This document shows positions 49,252-59,489 of a stretch of DNA of 64,000 nt, piece by piece. The DNA is taken from assembly GCA_038237075.1 (NCBI GenBank), contig JBBRZC010000001.1, positions 2,959 through 66,958 of the forward strand, read 5' to 3'. Below the pieces are notes generated by a model, which was given only the letters and a program-made list of their open reading frames with translations, was not told the DNA's origin and did not search any database. The position numbers were made by a program, and so were the translations under genes. Numbering within the stretch: the stretch's first letter is position 1; each line of letters begins with the position of its first letter. The DNA is from Actinomycetales bacterium. Lineage in GTDB: Bacteria > Actinomycetota > Actinomycetes > Actinomycetales > Dermatophilaceae.

Positions 49252-50256
49252 CTATCTCCTCGTGCTCGCTCGGGGGACGACGGAGGGGGTGACGATGACG
49301 CCGTGGCTCGGCTCGGCGCTGGCCTCGAGCATCCGGATGAGCAGCGCGGCGATGTCGTGCAGGGGCTGACGCACGGTGCTGAGGTCGAAGACCTCGGCGA
49401 GGTCGCCGTCGTCGAAGCCGATGACGCCGATGTCGGCACCGGCGCGCAGGCCACGCTGCCCGAGGGCCATGGTGACCCCGAGGGCGAGGACGTCGGAGGC
49501 GCAGGCGATCGCGTCGCCGGGGGAGAGGCGCCCGAGCAGCGGCCCGGCGGCGTGCGCCGCGGCGAGGGCGTTCTGGGCCACGGCCACGGACAGGGCGCCG
49601 GCGTCCTGGTCGAGGCCGGCCGTCGCCTCGATCCAGCCCGCGCGACGGTCGTCGCCGACCGGCGAGCCCTCGGGCCAGCCGAGCCAGGCGACCTGCCGGT
49701 AGCCGGCCTCGCGCAGGTGCTCGACCGCCTCGATGGTCCCGGCGTGGCCGTCGACGTCGACCCAGGACGTGACCGTGGGGTTGTCCCAGATGCGCCCGAA
49801 CGAGACGAAGGGCACGTCGCGCTCGCGCAGCCAGTCGGCCCGGGGGTCGTGGCGGTGGGTGTGGGCGAGGACGAACCCGTCCACGACCTGGGTGGCGAGG
49901 AGGTGGTCGTAGGTCGCGAGGACGTCGTCGTCGGCGACGAAGGTGATGACGTGGGCGTCGTCGGCCTGGGCGCATCCCGTCAGGGCCGACAGGAAAGGGT
50001 CGTGGATGTCGTTGAACACCCGGGCGGTGTCGCGTTCGACCTGGAACCCGATGGCGTTGGCACGCCGGCGGCGCAGCGACCGGGCGGCCCGGTTGGGACG
50101 GAACCCGAGGCGGGCGATCTCGAGCTGGACACGCTCGAGGGTGTCGGAGGCGACGCGCTCGGGGTTGTTCAGCGCGTTGCTCACGGTCTGCCGGGACACC
50201 TGGGAGGCACGGGCCACGTCGACGAGGGTTGCGCGGTCGCGCCGCTGCCTGGGCAT
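49252..50256 (-). CDS. LacI family transcriptional regulator
   Basis: ATLVDVARASQVSRQTVSNALN, LGFRPNRAARSL, GFDD..LSTVRQP. Confidence 0.95.
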   Translation of the reverse strand: MPRQRRDRATLVDVARASQVSRQTVSNALNNPERVASDTLERVQLEIARLGFRPNRAARSLRRRRANAIGFQVERDTARVFNDIHDPFLSALTGCAQADDAHVITFVADDDVLATYDHLLATQVVDGFVLAHTHRHDPRADWLRERDVPFVSFGRIWDNPTVTSWVDVDGHAGTIEAVEHLREAGYRQVAWLGWPEGSPVGDDRRAGWIEATAGLDQDAGALSVAVAQNALAAAHAAGPLLGRLSPGDAIACASDVLALGVTMALGQRGLRAGADIGVIGFDDGDLAEVFDLSTVRQPLHDIAALLIRMLEASAEPSHGVIVTPSVVPRASTRR

Positions 50257-50292
50257 CTGGCCGCACTCCTCCCAAACGTCGTCGACCCGGAC

Positions 50293-50344
50293 TGTGGAAC
50301 GTTCACAAGACGAGACTTGACATCCATTTGAACGTTCATATCGT
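50293..50344 (+). promoter_or_regulatory. sigmaA-type promoter (TTGACA-N16-TATCGT) with two LacI-type operators
   Basis: tgtggaacgttcaca 50293-50307; TTGACA 50317-50322; tgaacgttca 50329-50338; TATCGT 50339-50344. Confidence 0.75.
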
Positions 50345-50480
50345 TAGCACGGGATGGTTCCCCGGATACGGTCTGCTGTCAAGATCCCGTGGCCAGATCG
50401 AGACCCACGGCCCCCGTGGCCGGAGACGGGCCCCCACCCCGCGGAGCAGCAGGCCGCTCCGGACCCCCAACCGAAGGCAG

Positions 50481-52559
50481 ATGGTCGAGATGTCGAAGGT
50501 GGTCCCCCGCCAGCCCTGGCTCCACGAGCTCAACGTCAGCGTCCGCGGCAACGTCACCGCGCTCTCGTCACGGGCCGGGGACATGGCGCCGGACGGAGCC
50601 GGGGGGCTCTACGTCGACGATCGGCGCGCGGTGAGCGAGCTCTCCGTCCTCGTCGGCGGCGAGCGGCCCAGCCCGGTGGCGGACGGTGCCCTCGGTGCCC
50701 GCGCCGAGTTCTTCGCCTCGGCCCGCAACATCGGCTCCGTCACGCCCGACCCCGTGGTGGAGGTCCGCCGCCACCGGCGGCTCGTGGACGCCGGGATGGT
50801 CGAGTCGGTCTCGGTGATCTCCCGCGCCGACGGCCCCCTCTCCACGATCCTCACGATCCGGGTCGCCAGCGACGCCGCTCCGATCGGGACGATCAAGTCG
50901 GGGCACTTCGACCTGCCCCCCGTCTCGCCGACGCTGCTCCCGGCAGGAGCCGGGTTCGCCACCGACTGGCACACCTGCCGGGCGACCTTCGACCCGGCGC
51001 CTGACCGGCTCGAGGCGCAGGGCGACGTCGTCGTGGCCCACTTCGACCTCACGCTCGAGCCCCAGCACGAGACGTCCGTGAGCCTCGCCGTGACGACGAC
51101 CCGACGGCGGCCCTCCGAGCTCGACGCCGAGCCGGGCGGAGCACTCCTGGAGTGGGACGAGGTGTGCGTCAGCGGCACCGACCCTCGCCTCGAGCCGACC
51201 TTCTCGGGGGCGATCGAGGACCTCCGGGCGCTCGCCCTCACCGATCCGTCCGACCCCGGAGACGTCTTCGCCGGAGCCGGAACTCCTTGGTATCTAACGC
51301 TTTTCGGTCGTGACTCGGTGTGGGCCGCGCGCCTGACCTTGCCCATCGGCACCGCGCTGTCCCGCGGCACCCTGCGCAGCCTCGCGCGACGCCAGGGCTC
51401 GCGCTACGACATCGGCTCGGCCGAGGCGCCGGGCAAGATCCCCCATGAGGTCCGCCGTTTCCCCTACGTCGACCCTGAGAGCGGCATGACTCTCCCCTCG
51501 GTCTACTACGGCACCGTCGACGCCACGGCCCTGTGGGTGCTCCTGCTCCACGACGCCTGGCAGTGGGGCCTTGCCGATGCCGACGTCCTGGAGATGCTGG
51601 GCACCCTCGACGCCGCCGTCGACTGGCTCGTCACCGACGCGGTCCCCGACGAGGACGGCCTGCTCAAGTACATCGACGAGTCCGGGAGCGGCCTGTCCAA
51701 CCAGGGCTGGAAGGACTCCGGCGACGCCGTCCGGTTCCGGGACGGCAGCATCGCCACGGCACCCATCGCTCTCATCGAGGCGCAGGCGTATGCCGTCCAC
51801 GCGCTCGAGTGCGCCGCCCGCCTCTTCACCGCCTTCGGGCGCGGGGGGGCCGAGCAGGTGCGCGAGCGGGCCGCGGCGATGCGTGTCGCGGTGAGGAACC
51901 GGTTCTGGGTAACCGGAGCGGGTGATCCCTACCTCGGCATCGCGGTCGACGGGACCGGCCGGCTCGTCGACGGGCTCGCGTCCAACATGGGACACGCGCT
52001 CGGCACGGGTCTGCTCACCCCTCAGGAGGTCGACAGCGTCGCCGGCCACCTCACCGGCCCTGCCCTGCTGGACCGCTACGGGATCCGCACCCTCGGGTCG
52101 GACAACGGCGGGTTCAACCCGATCGGCTACCACACAGGCTCGATCTGGACCCACGACACGGCGATCGTCGCACTGGGCCTGTCCCAGGAGGGCCGGAGCG
52201 CCGACGCGGTGCGGGTGGCCCGGACCCTGCTGGCCTCCGCCGAGGCCTTCGACTACCGCTGGCCCGAGCTCTACTCCGGCGCCGCCGCGCTCGGGAAGCC
52301 GGCGCCCTACCCGGCAGCGTGCCGCCCGCAGGCCTGGTCGGCGGCATCCGCGGTGGCCCTGGTCTCGGTCGCCCTCGGACTGTCCGCCGATGCTCCTACC
52401 CGCACGCTCCACGTGCACCCGGCCCGGCCCGCCGCCTTCGGGGCGATGCGGGTGGAGGGCCTGGTCTTCTGCGGCGGGCGCGTCGACCTCGACGTCGCCG
52501 CCGATGGCGAGGTCACCGTGCTGCGGGTACCCGTCGATGTCACCGTCACGGTGCACTGA
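50481..52559 (+). CDS. Glycogen-debranching / amylo-alpha-1,6-glucosidase-like glycoside hydrolase
   Basis: AGTPWYLTLFGRDS, PGKIPHE, YYGTVDAT, NQGWKDS, YHTGSIWTHD, PELY, ACRPQAWSAA; (alpha/alpha)6 fold pattern. Confidence 0.88.
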   Translation: MVEMSKVVPRQPWLHELNVSVRGNVTALSSRAGDMAPDGAGGLYVDDRRAVSELSVLVGGERPSPVADGALGARAEFFASARNIGSVTPDPVVEVRRHRRLVDAGMVESVSVISRADGPLSTILTIRVASDAAPIGTIKSGHFDLPPVSPTLLPAGAGFATDWHTCRATFDPAPDRLEAQGDVVVAHFDLTLEPQHETSVSLAVTTTRRRPSELDAEPGGALLEWDEVCVSGTDPRLEPTFSGAIEDLRALALTDPSDPGDVFAGAGTPWYLTLFGRDSVWAARLTLPIGTALSRGTLRSLARRQGSRYDIGSAEAPGKIPHEVRRFPYVDPESGMTLPSVYYGTVDATALWVLLLHDAWQWGLADADVLEMLGTLDAAVDWLVTDAVPDEDGLLKYIDESGSGLSNQGWKDSGDAVRFRDGSIATAPIALIEAQAYAVHALECAARLFTAFGRGGAEQVRERAAAMRVAVRNRFWVTGAGDPYLGIAVDGTGRLVDGLASNMGHALGTGLLTPQEVDSVAGHLTGPALLDRYGIRTLGSDNGGFNPIGYHTGSIWTHDTAIVALGLSQEGRSADAVRVARTLLASAEAFDYRWPELYSGAAALGKPAPYPAACRPQAWSAASAVALVSVALGLSADAPTRTLHVHPARPAAFGAMRVEGLVFCGGRVDLDVAADGEVTVLRVPVDVTVTVH

Positions 52560-52634
52560 AACCCGCCGCGGACATGGAGCCGTCCGGCAAAGGTCCTAGA
52601 CTCGACCGACCCCGCGAAAGGACCGGCACCAACC

Positions 52635-54506
52635 GTGGCACTGCTCGACTCGATCGACGGACCGGACGACCTCAAGGCCCTACGGCCTGCGGAGCTGCCC
52701 CTCCTCGCCCAGGAGATCCGGGACTTCCTCATCACCTCCGTCTCGCGCACAGGCGGCCACCTCGGCCCCAACCTCGGGGTCGTCGAGCTGACGATCGCCA
52801 TCCACCGGGTGTTCGACTCGCCCATGGACACGGTCGTCTTCGACACGGGCCACCAGGCCTACGTGCACAAGCTGCTCACCGGCCGGCACGACTTCGCCCG
52901 GCTCCGGACCAAGGGTGGCCTGTCCGGCTACCCGAGCCGGGCCGAGTCCGAGCACGACGTCGTCGAGAACTCCCACGCCTCCACGGCCCTCTCCTGGGCC
53001 GACGGCATCGCCAAGGCGCGCCGGCTCACCGGCCGGCGCGACCGGCATACCGTGGCCGTCATCGGTGACGGGGCGCTGACCGGCGGGATGGCCTGGGAGG
53101 CGCTCAACAACATCGCCGCCGACAAGGACCTGCCGCTCGTCATCGTCGTCAACGACAACGCGCGGTCCTACGCCCCGACGACCGGAGGCCTCGCGGACCA
53201 CCTCGCGACGCTGCGGATGACCCGCGGCTACGAGAACTTCCTCGACTGGGGCAAGAACGCCCTGGCACGCACGCCGGTCATCGGGGGCGCGATGTATGGC
53301 GCGGTCCACGGGATGAAGAAGGGCCTCAAGGACATCGTCGCGCCGCAGGGAATGTTCGAGGACCTCGGGCTGAAGTACCTCGGCCCCATCGACGGCCACG
53401 ACGAGCCGGCCGTCGAGGCGGCCCTGCGCCGGGCCCGGGCGTTCGGCGGCCCCGTGCTCGTGCACGTCCTGACCCAGAAGGGACGCGGCTACGACCTCGC
53501 CCGCAAGGACGAGGCCGACCGGTTCCACGCGGTTGACAAGATCAACCCCGAGACCGGCCTGCCGCTGCAGGTCAAGGGGCGGATCTGGACGGACGAGTTC
53601 AGCGACGCCCTGCTCGACGTCGCCGCCCGGCGCGACGACGTCGTCGCCATCACTGCGGCAATGCTCATCCCCGTCGGGCTGCGGGAGTTCGCCGAGCGCT
53701 ACCCCGACCGGGTCTTCGACGTCGGCATCGCGGAGCAGCACGCGGTCACCATGGCCTCGGGCCTCGCCTTCGGCGGGTTGCACCCGGTGGTCTGCGTCTA
53801 TGCGACGTTCCTCAACCGGGCGTTCGACCAGCTGCTCATGGACTGCGCCCTGCACCGTGCCGGCGTGACGTTCGTCCTCGACCGGGCGGGGGTCACCGGC
53901 ACCGACGGGGCCTCGCACAACGGCATGTGGGACATGACCGTCACCGGCATGGTGCCGGGGCTGCACCTGACCGCCCCGCGCGACGCGCACGAGCTGGCCC
54001 GGGCTCTCGACGAGGCGGTCGACATCGCCGACGCCCCCAGCGTGATCCGCTTCTCGAAGCAGAACCCGCCTGCTCCGCTGCCGGCGCTGCGCACCGCCGG
54101 CTCCGTCGACGTCCTCTTCGAACCCGGGCCGGCGCAGGTGGACCTCCTCGTCGTCGGGCTCGGCGAGATGGCCACGACGGCGATGTCGGTGGCCGAGAAG
54201 CTCACAGCACAGGGTCACTCGGTGCGGGTCGTCGACCCGCGCTGGTGCCTGCCGGTCAGCGTCGACCTCGTCGACCTCGCCCGCGGCGCCGGCGCGGTGG
54301 CCGTGATCGAGGACAACCTCGTCATCGGGGGTGTCGGGTCGCAGGTGACCCAGGCCCTGCGCGAGGCGGGCCTCCAGGTGCCGGTGCACCTGCACGGCAT
54401 ACCGAAGCGGTTCCTCGAGCATGCCTCGCGCGGTGAGGTCCTCGAGGAGATCGGGCTGACACCCGACGCGATCGCCGACCGGCTGACCCAGGCGCTCGGC
54501 CGCTGA
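52635..54506 (+). CDS. dxs: 1-deoxy-D-xylulose-5-phosphate synthase
   Basis: [42 protein letters not shown]. Confidence 0.97.
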   Translation: MALLDSIDGPDDLKALRPAELPLLAQEIRDFLITSVSRTGGHLGPNLGVVELTIAIHRVFDSPMDTVVFDTGHQAYVHKLLTGRHDFARLRTKGGLSGYPSRAESEHDVVENSHASTALSWADGIAKARRLTGRRDRHTVAVIGDGALTGGMAWEALNNIAADKDLPLVIVVNDNARSYAPTTGGLADHLATLRMTRGYENFLDWGKNALARTPVIGGAMYGAVHGMKKGLKDIVAPQGMFEDLGLKYLGPIDGHDEPAVEAALRRARAFGGPVLVHVLTQKGRGYDLARKDEADRFHAVDKINPETGLPLQVKGRIWTDEFSDALLDVAARRDDVVAITAAMLIPVGLREFAERYPDRVFDVGIAEQHAVTMASGLAFGGLHPVVCVYATFLNRAFDQLLMDCALHRAGVTFVLDRAGVTGTDGASHNGMWDMTVTGMVPGLHLTAPRDAHELARALDEAVDIADAPSVIRFSKQNPPAPLPALRTAGSVDVLFEPGPAQVDLLVVGLGEMATTAMSVAEKLTAQGHSVRVVDPRWCLPVSVDLVDLARGAGAVAVIEDNLVIGGVGSQVTQALREAGLQVPVHLHGIPKRFLEHASRGEVLEEIGLTPDAIADRLTQALGR

Positions 54507-54578
54507 CCGCGGTCCGGATCGCGTCACCTGCGCCGACCGGCACCGGCCGGCGCCTCGCCCGAGCAGAGGAGTGAGCCC

Positions 54579-55553
54579 ATGGAGCCCAGGAGCACCGAGA
54601 GGCGCCGTGAGCTGCCGGCCGCACCGCCGGCCCCCGACGTCGCTGTCCACGGCCTCGCCGTGCACGACCTCAGTGTCGGCGAGCCGGCCGGCGACGCGCC
54701 CGTCGTCGTCGCCGTCCACGGCATCACCGCCAACGGGCTGAGCTGGACCCGGGTCGCCGAGGAGATCGCCCGCCGCCGCGGCCCCGGAAGCGTGCGGGTC
54801 CTCGCGCCCGACCTACGCGGCCGGGGCGACAGCCGAGCCGTCGCCGGACCATACGGGGTGGCGGCCCACGCCGACGACGTGCTGGCGATCGCCGACGCCC
54901 TCGGGTCGCGGCCGGTGCTCGTCGGTCACTCGATGGGCGCGTTCGTCGTCGCGCTCGCCGCTGCCCGAGGCCCGGAGCGGGTTGCCGGTGTGGCCCTCGT
55001 CGACGGAGGTCTGGCGTTTCCCGTGCCGGCAGGCCTCGACGTCGACGCCGCGCTCCAGGCGGTCATCGGCCCGGCCATGGCCCGGCTCGGGATGAGGTTC
55101 GCCAGCCCCAACGCCTACGTCGACTTCTGGCGCCGGCACCCGGCCGTCGGGCCCACCCTCGACGGTCCGCGGGGACGCGCGGTGCGCCGTTTCCTCCTGC
55201 ACGACCTCGTGCCGGCCGAGCACGCCAACGGCGAGTGGGTGAGCTCGTGCGTCCTCGCAGCGGTGCGGGCCGACGGCGCGGGCATCCTCGCCGACGCCGA
55301 GGTCCACGGGGCGGCGGCCAAGGCCGTCGCGGCGGGGGTCCCCGTCGAGCTCCTCTGGGCCGAGCGGGGCCTCATGGACGAACCCCAGGGCCTCTACGAC
55401 GAGCAGCGCCTCGCCGCGCTCGGCCTGCCGGCCACGATCCGGGTCACGCCGGTGCCGGCGGTCAACCACTACACGGTGGTCTTCGCCGACCCGGGGGTCG
55501 CCGTCGTGGTGGACGCCGTCGAGCGCCTGCTGGACGGGGCTGCCAGCGCCTGA
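54579..55553 (+). CDS. Alpha/beta hydrolase
   Basis: VHGITAN, PDLRGRG, GHSMG nucleophile elbow, NHYT. Confidence 0.9.
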   Translation: MEPRSTERRRELPAAPPAPDVAVHGLAVHDLSVGEPAGDAPVVVAVHGITANGLSWTRVAEEIARRRGPGSVRVLAPDLRGRGDSRAVAGPYGVAAHADDVLAIADALGSRPVLVGHSMGAFVVALAAARGPERVAGVALVDGGLAFPVPAGLDVDAALQAVIGPAMARLGMRFASPNAYVDFWRRHPAVGPTLDGPRGRAVRRFLLHDLVPAEHANGEWVSSCVLAAVRADGAGILADAEVHGAAAKAVAAGVPVELLWAERGLMDEPQGLYDEQRLAALGLPATIRVTPVPAVNHYTVVFADPGVAVVVDAVERLLDGAASA

Positions 55554-55638
55554 CGCGCTTGCGTCCGGGGTCGCGGCGGTGCTGGTGCCCAGAGCCCCGG
55601 ACGCGACGACAGGGGTGTGCCGCAGCGCGGCCCCGCGC

Positions 55639-56292
55639 TCAGAGCTTGCGGGCGATCGTGAGGCCGTCGAAGGCGGTCAGGACGACGGCCTCGACACGGT
55701 CGTCCCCGGCCACGACGTCGTTGAACGACCGGATGGCCCGCGTGTCGTCGTCGATGGGGTCGTCGGCGACGACGGCGCCGCTCCACAGGGTGTTGTCGGC
55801 CAGCAGCAGACCGCCGGAGCGGACCCTGGGCACCAGTGCGGCCCAGTAGTCGACGTAGCCGGGCTTGTTGGCGTCGATGAACACGAGATCGAGGTGCGGC
55901 CCGTCGGGAAGGCTGCGCAGCGTGTCGATGGCGGGCGCGATGACCAGCTCGATCCGGTCGTCCAGGCCGGCGCTGCGCCACGCCACGCGACCGATCGCGG
56001 TCCACTCCGCGCTGACGTCGCAGCACAGCAGCGAGCCACCCTCGGCCAGCCCTCGGGCGATGCACAGGCTCGAGTACCCGGTGAAGGTCCCCACCTCCAC
56101 CGCCCGGCGGGCCCCGACGAGCCGGGTCAGCAGCGTCAGCAGCTGACCCTGGTCGTCGCCGATCTGCATTCCCGAGACGTGGCCCAGCTCGGCGGTGCTG
56201 GACCTCAGCCGGCGCACGACGTCGTCGGGCTGCCGGCTCCCGTGGGCGACGGCATACTCGCGGACCGCTTCGGTGACGAGGAACTCGCGCAT
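55639..56292 (-). CDS. O-methyltransferase (caffeoyl-CoA OMT-like)
   Basis: EVGTFTGYSSL, DLVFIDANK, GGLLLADNTLWSG. Confidence 0.93.
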   Translation of the reverse strand: MREFLVTEAVREYAVAHGSRQPDDVVRRLRSSTAELGHVSGMQIGDDQGQLLTLLTRLVGARRAVEVGTFTGYSSLCIARGLAEGGSLLCCDVSAEWTAIGRVAWRSAGLDDRIELVIAPAIDTLRSLPDGPHLDLVFIDANKPGYVDYWAALVPRVRSGGLLLADNTLWSGAVVADDPIDDDTRAIRSFNDVVAGDDRVEAVVLTAFDGLTIARKL

Positions 56293-56326
56293 GCCCGCGA
56301 CCCTAGCCCTGGTGAAGGGGCCCTCG

Positions 56327-57109
56327 TCAGTGGGCCGTCCAGCCGCCGTCGATGACCATCGAGGCTCCCGTGATGGATGCGGAGGAGGGCCCGCAGAGGA
56401 AGGCGGCGAGATCGGCGACCTCGGCCGGCTCGATGAGCCGCTTGACCGCCATCGCCTCGAGCATGACCTTCTCGACGACCTCGGACTCGGGTATGCCGCG
56501 AGTCATGGCTTGGTCGGCGATCTGCTTCTCCACCAACGGGGTTCGCACGTAGCCGGGGTTGATGCAGTTGCTCGTGACCCCCCTGCCGGCGCCCTCGAGC
56601 GCGACGACCTTCGAGAGTCCCTCGAGCCCGTGCTTGGCGGCGACGTAGGCGCTCTTGTAGGCGCTGGCCCGCAGCCCGTGGGCGCTGGAGATGTTGACGA
56701 CACGGCCCCAGCCGCGCTCGTACATGTGGGGGAGCACCTGCCGGACCAGGCGGAACGGGCTGTGCAGCATGAGGTCGAGGATGAGCTCGAAGCGCTCCAG
56801 CGGAAACTCCTCGACGGGCGCGATGTGCTGGATGCCGGCGTTGTTGACGAGGATGTCCACGTCGGTCGGCAGCGCGGCCAGCCCGTCGAGGTCGGCGAGG
56901 TCGGCTCGGACCGCCGTCACTCCCTCGAGGTCGGTGAGGTGGGCCAGACCCGCCTCGTCGCGGTCCACGGCATACACCCGCGCGCGGGCGACGACGAGGC
57001 GGTGCACGGTCGCCGCTCCGATGCCGCTTGCGGCGCCGGTGACCATCGCCGTGCGGCCGTGAAGGTCGACCGGGGCACCGAGGGACGAGGACGAGGTCTG
57101 CGCCGACAT
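56327..57109 (-). CDS. bdhA: 3-hydroxybutyrate dehydrogenase (SDR)
   Basis: TGAASGIG, NNAGIQHIAP, SSAHG, YVAAKHG, PGYVRTPLVEKQI. Confidence 0.9.
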   Translation of the reverse strand: MSAQTSSSSLGAPVDLHGRTAMVTGAASGIGAATVHRLVVARARVYAVDRDEAGLAHLTDLEGVTAVRADLADLDGLAALPTDVDILVNNAGIQHIAPVEEFPLERFELILDLMLHSPFRLVRQVLPHMYERGWGRVVNISSAHGLRASAYKSAYVAAKHGLEGLSKVVALEGAGRGVTSNCINPGYVRTPLVEKQIADQAMTRGIPESEVVEKVMLEAMAVKRLIEPAEVADLAAFLCGPSSASITGASMVIDGGWTAH

Positions 57110-57166
57110 GACGCCGACCCTAGGGGAGCCCGCGCCATCGCGCTCGCGGGGGGCCCGGGTCGGCGG

Positions 57167-57814
57167 CTACGCCGGGAGCACGCGGAGGACCGCGGTGGCG
57201 CGGTCGCGGCAGCGTTGCACGATCTCGGCGTTCGTCTGGTCGGTGCCACCGGCCCAGGCCACCGCCTGCTCATGGCTCATCCCGAACCCTTCGTGCCGGG
57301 CGACGAGCCGGTGGATCCGGGTCGCCGGGTCGATCTCGAGGAACCAGGACTCGTCGAGGAGCGGGAGCACGGCCGACCACGAGCCGAGGTCGGACAGCAG
57401 GTAGTTGCCCTCGGTGACCACGAGGGGCACCTCGCGTGCCACGGGGAGCGCCGACCCGATGGGCTCGTCGACGTCCCGGTCGAAGTCGGGTGCGTAGACC
57501 ACGGATGTGGCCCGGCTCCGCAGCCGGCGCAGGAGGTCGACGTAGCCGTCCGCGTCGAAGGTGTCCCACGCGCCCTTGCGGTCGCGCCGACCCAGGCTGT
57601 GCAGCACCGTGTTGGCGTAGTGGAAGCCGTCCATCGGGACGAGCGCCGCGACATCAGGGCCGAGGGCGGTGACCAGCTGTCGGGCCACGGTGGACTTGCC
57701 GGCTCCCGGGGAGCCGGTCACGCCGAGGACCTGCCGCCCGCCCTGCTGCGCGAGCGCCCGCGCCCTCGCGACCAGCTCGGCGAGGGTCACGGGCTCGGCG
57801 GGGCGGTCCTCCAT
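57167..57814 (-). CDS. P-loop nucleoside/pantothenate kinase-like protein
   Basis: GSPGAGKST, MDGFH, GAWDTFD, TEGNYLL. Confidence 0.88.
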   Translation of the reverse strand: MEDRPAEPVTLAELVARARALAQQGGRQVLGVTGSPGAGKSTVARQLVTALGPDVAALVPMDGFHYANTVLHSLGRRDRKGAWDTFDADGYVDLLRRLRSRATSVVYAPDFDRDVDEPIGSALPVAREVPLVVTEGNYLLSDLGSWSAVLPLLDESWFLEIDPATRIHRLVARHEGFGMSHEQAVAWAGGTDQTNAEIVQRCRDRATAVLRVLPA

Positions 57815-57825
57815 GTCTCAGGGAT

Positions 57826-57866
57826 ATCAGATGCCGGAGAGATCAGATGCCAGAGAGATCAGATGT
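57826..57866 (+). repeat. 16-bp tandem repeat (about 2.6 copies) duplicating the murA stop region
   Basis: atcagatgccggagag / atcagatgccagagag / atcagatgt. Confidence 0.85.
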
Positions 57867-59394
57867 CGCGGAAGACCTCGATGGTCGCGCCGAGGGCGTT
57901 GAGCCGGTCGGCGAGGTCCTCGTAGCCACGGTTGATGACGTAGACGTTGCGCAGCACCGAGGTGCCGGGCGCGGCCAGCATGGCGAGGAGGACGACGACG
58001 CCGGGACGCAGCGCCGGCGGGCACATGACCTCGGCGGCGCGCCACCTGGTCGGCCCCTCGATGAGCACCCGGTGCGGGTCGAGGAGCTGCACCTTGGCGC
58101 CGAGCTTGGTCAGCTCGGTGAGGTAGATGGCCCGGTTGTCGTAGACCCAGTCGTGCAGCATCGTCGTGCCCTCGGCCATCGCCCCGATGAGGGCGAAGAA
58201 GGGGAGGTTGTCGATGTTGAGGCCGGGGAAGGGGAGCGGGTGGATCTTGTCGATCGGCGCGGTCAGCGGTCCGGGGATGGTCGTGAGGTCGACGAGCCGG
58301 GTCTTGCCGTTGGCGGACATGTACTCCGGGGTGAGGTCGTACTTCATGCCCATGCCTTCGAGGGTGGCGAGCTCGATCTCCATGAACTCGATGGGGACCC
58401 GGCGGATGGTGATCGACGAGCCGGTGACGACGGCCGCGGCCAGCAGGCTCATCGCCTCGATGGGGTCCTCCGAGGGGAAGTACTCCACGTCGACGTCGAT
58501 CGTGCCCACCCCGTGGACGGTCAGCGTGGTGGTGCCGATGCCCTCGATCCGCACGCCGAGCTTGACGAGGAAGAAGCAGAGGTCCTGGACCATGTAGTTC
58601 GGGCTCGCGTTGCGGATCACCGTGACGCCCTCGTGCCGCGCCGCGGCGAGCAGGACGTTCTCGGTGACCGTGTCGCCGCGCTCGGTGAGCACGATGGGCC
58701 GCTGCGAGCTGCGGCTCGGGTCGCGCACCGCCTCGTAGAAGCCGTGCGTCGCCGTGACGTCGAGGCCGAAGTGGCGCAGGGCGGCCATGTGCGGCTCGAC
58801 GGTCCGGGTGCCGAGGTCGCAGCCGCCGGCATAGGGCAGCCGGAAGGAGGGGTGGTCGTGGAGGAGCGGCCCGAGGAACATGAGCACGGTGCGGGTGCGC
58901 CGCGCGGCCTCGACGTCGATCCCTTCGAGGTCGAGGACGGCGGGTGGGGTGATCTCGAGGTCGCTGCTGTCGGGCAGCCAGCGGGTACGGACACCGATCG
59001 AGCTGAGGACCTCGATGATCCGGTTGACCTCCTCGATCCGGGCGAGCTGGCGCAGCGTGGTGCGCCCGCGGTTGAGCAGGGACGCGCAGAGCAGGGCGAC
59101 TGCGGCGTTCTTCGACGTCTTGACGTCGATCGCGCCGGTGAGCTGGGTGCCGCCGACGATGCGCAGGTGCTGCGGGCCGGAGTGGCCGAGCGAGACGAAC
59201 TCCGAGTCGAGGCTCGCGCCGATGCGGGCCAGCGTCTCCAGGCTGAGGTTCTGCTGGCCCTGCTCGATGCGCACCACGGCGCTCTGGCTGGTGCCCAGCG
59301 AACGGGCCAGCTCTGCCTGGGTCAGACCCTTGTGACGGCGTGCGTCGCGGATCAGGGATCCGATGCGCACCAGGTAGGTATCAGTGACGGTCAT
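57859..59394 (-). CDS. murA: XRE-type HTH fused to UDP-N-acetylglucosamine 1-carboxyvinyltransferase
   Basis: N-terminal IRDARRHKGLTQAELARSLGTSQSAVVRIEQG; MurA motifs KNAA, GGCDLGTR (active Cys), DPIEA, INRGYE. Confidence 0.92.
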   Translation of the reverse strand: MTVTDTYLVRIGSLIRDARRHKGLTQAELARSLGTSQSAVVRIEQGQQNLSLETLARIGASLDSEFVSLGHSGPQHLRIVGGTQLTGAIDVKTSKNAAVALLCASLLNRGRTTLRQLARIEEVNRIIEVLSSIGVRTRWLPDSSDLEITPPAVLDLEGIDVEAARRTRTVLMFLGPLLHDHPSFRLPYAGGCDLGTRTVEPHMAALRHFGLDVTATHGFYEAVRDPSRSSQRPIVLTERGDTVTENVLLAAARHEGVTVIRNASPNYMVQDLCFFLVKLGVRIEGIGTTTLTVHGVGTIDVDVEYFPSEDPIEAMSLLAAAVVTGSSITIRRVPIEFMEIELATLEGMGMKYDLTPEYMSANGKTRLVDLTTIPGPLTAPIDKIHPLPFPGLNIDNLPFFALIGAMAEGTTMLHDWVYDNRAIYLTELTKLGAKVQLLDPHRVLIEGPTRWRAAEVMCPPALRPGVVVLLAMLAAPGTSVLRNVYVINRGYEDLADRLNALGATIEVFRDI

Positions 59395-59400
59395 ATCCCG

Positions 59401-59423
59401 AGGATATCTCACATATGAGATAT
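59401..59423 (-). promoter_or_regulatory. Leaderless -10 (TATCCT) overlapped by the 20-bp palindrome ATATCTCA-CATA-TGAGATAT
   Basis: Perfect 8-bp arms 59404-59411 and 59416-59423; -10 is 6 nt upstream of ATG 59394. Confidence 0.75.
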
Positions 59424-59489
59424 GCCGGGGCAACGGCTCCTCGCGGCGCGCCGCGGGCGGGGTGGCGAGCGTGCCCCCGAGACAAAGGA

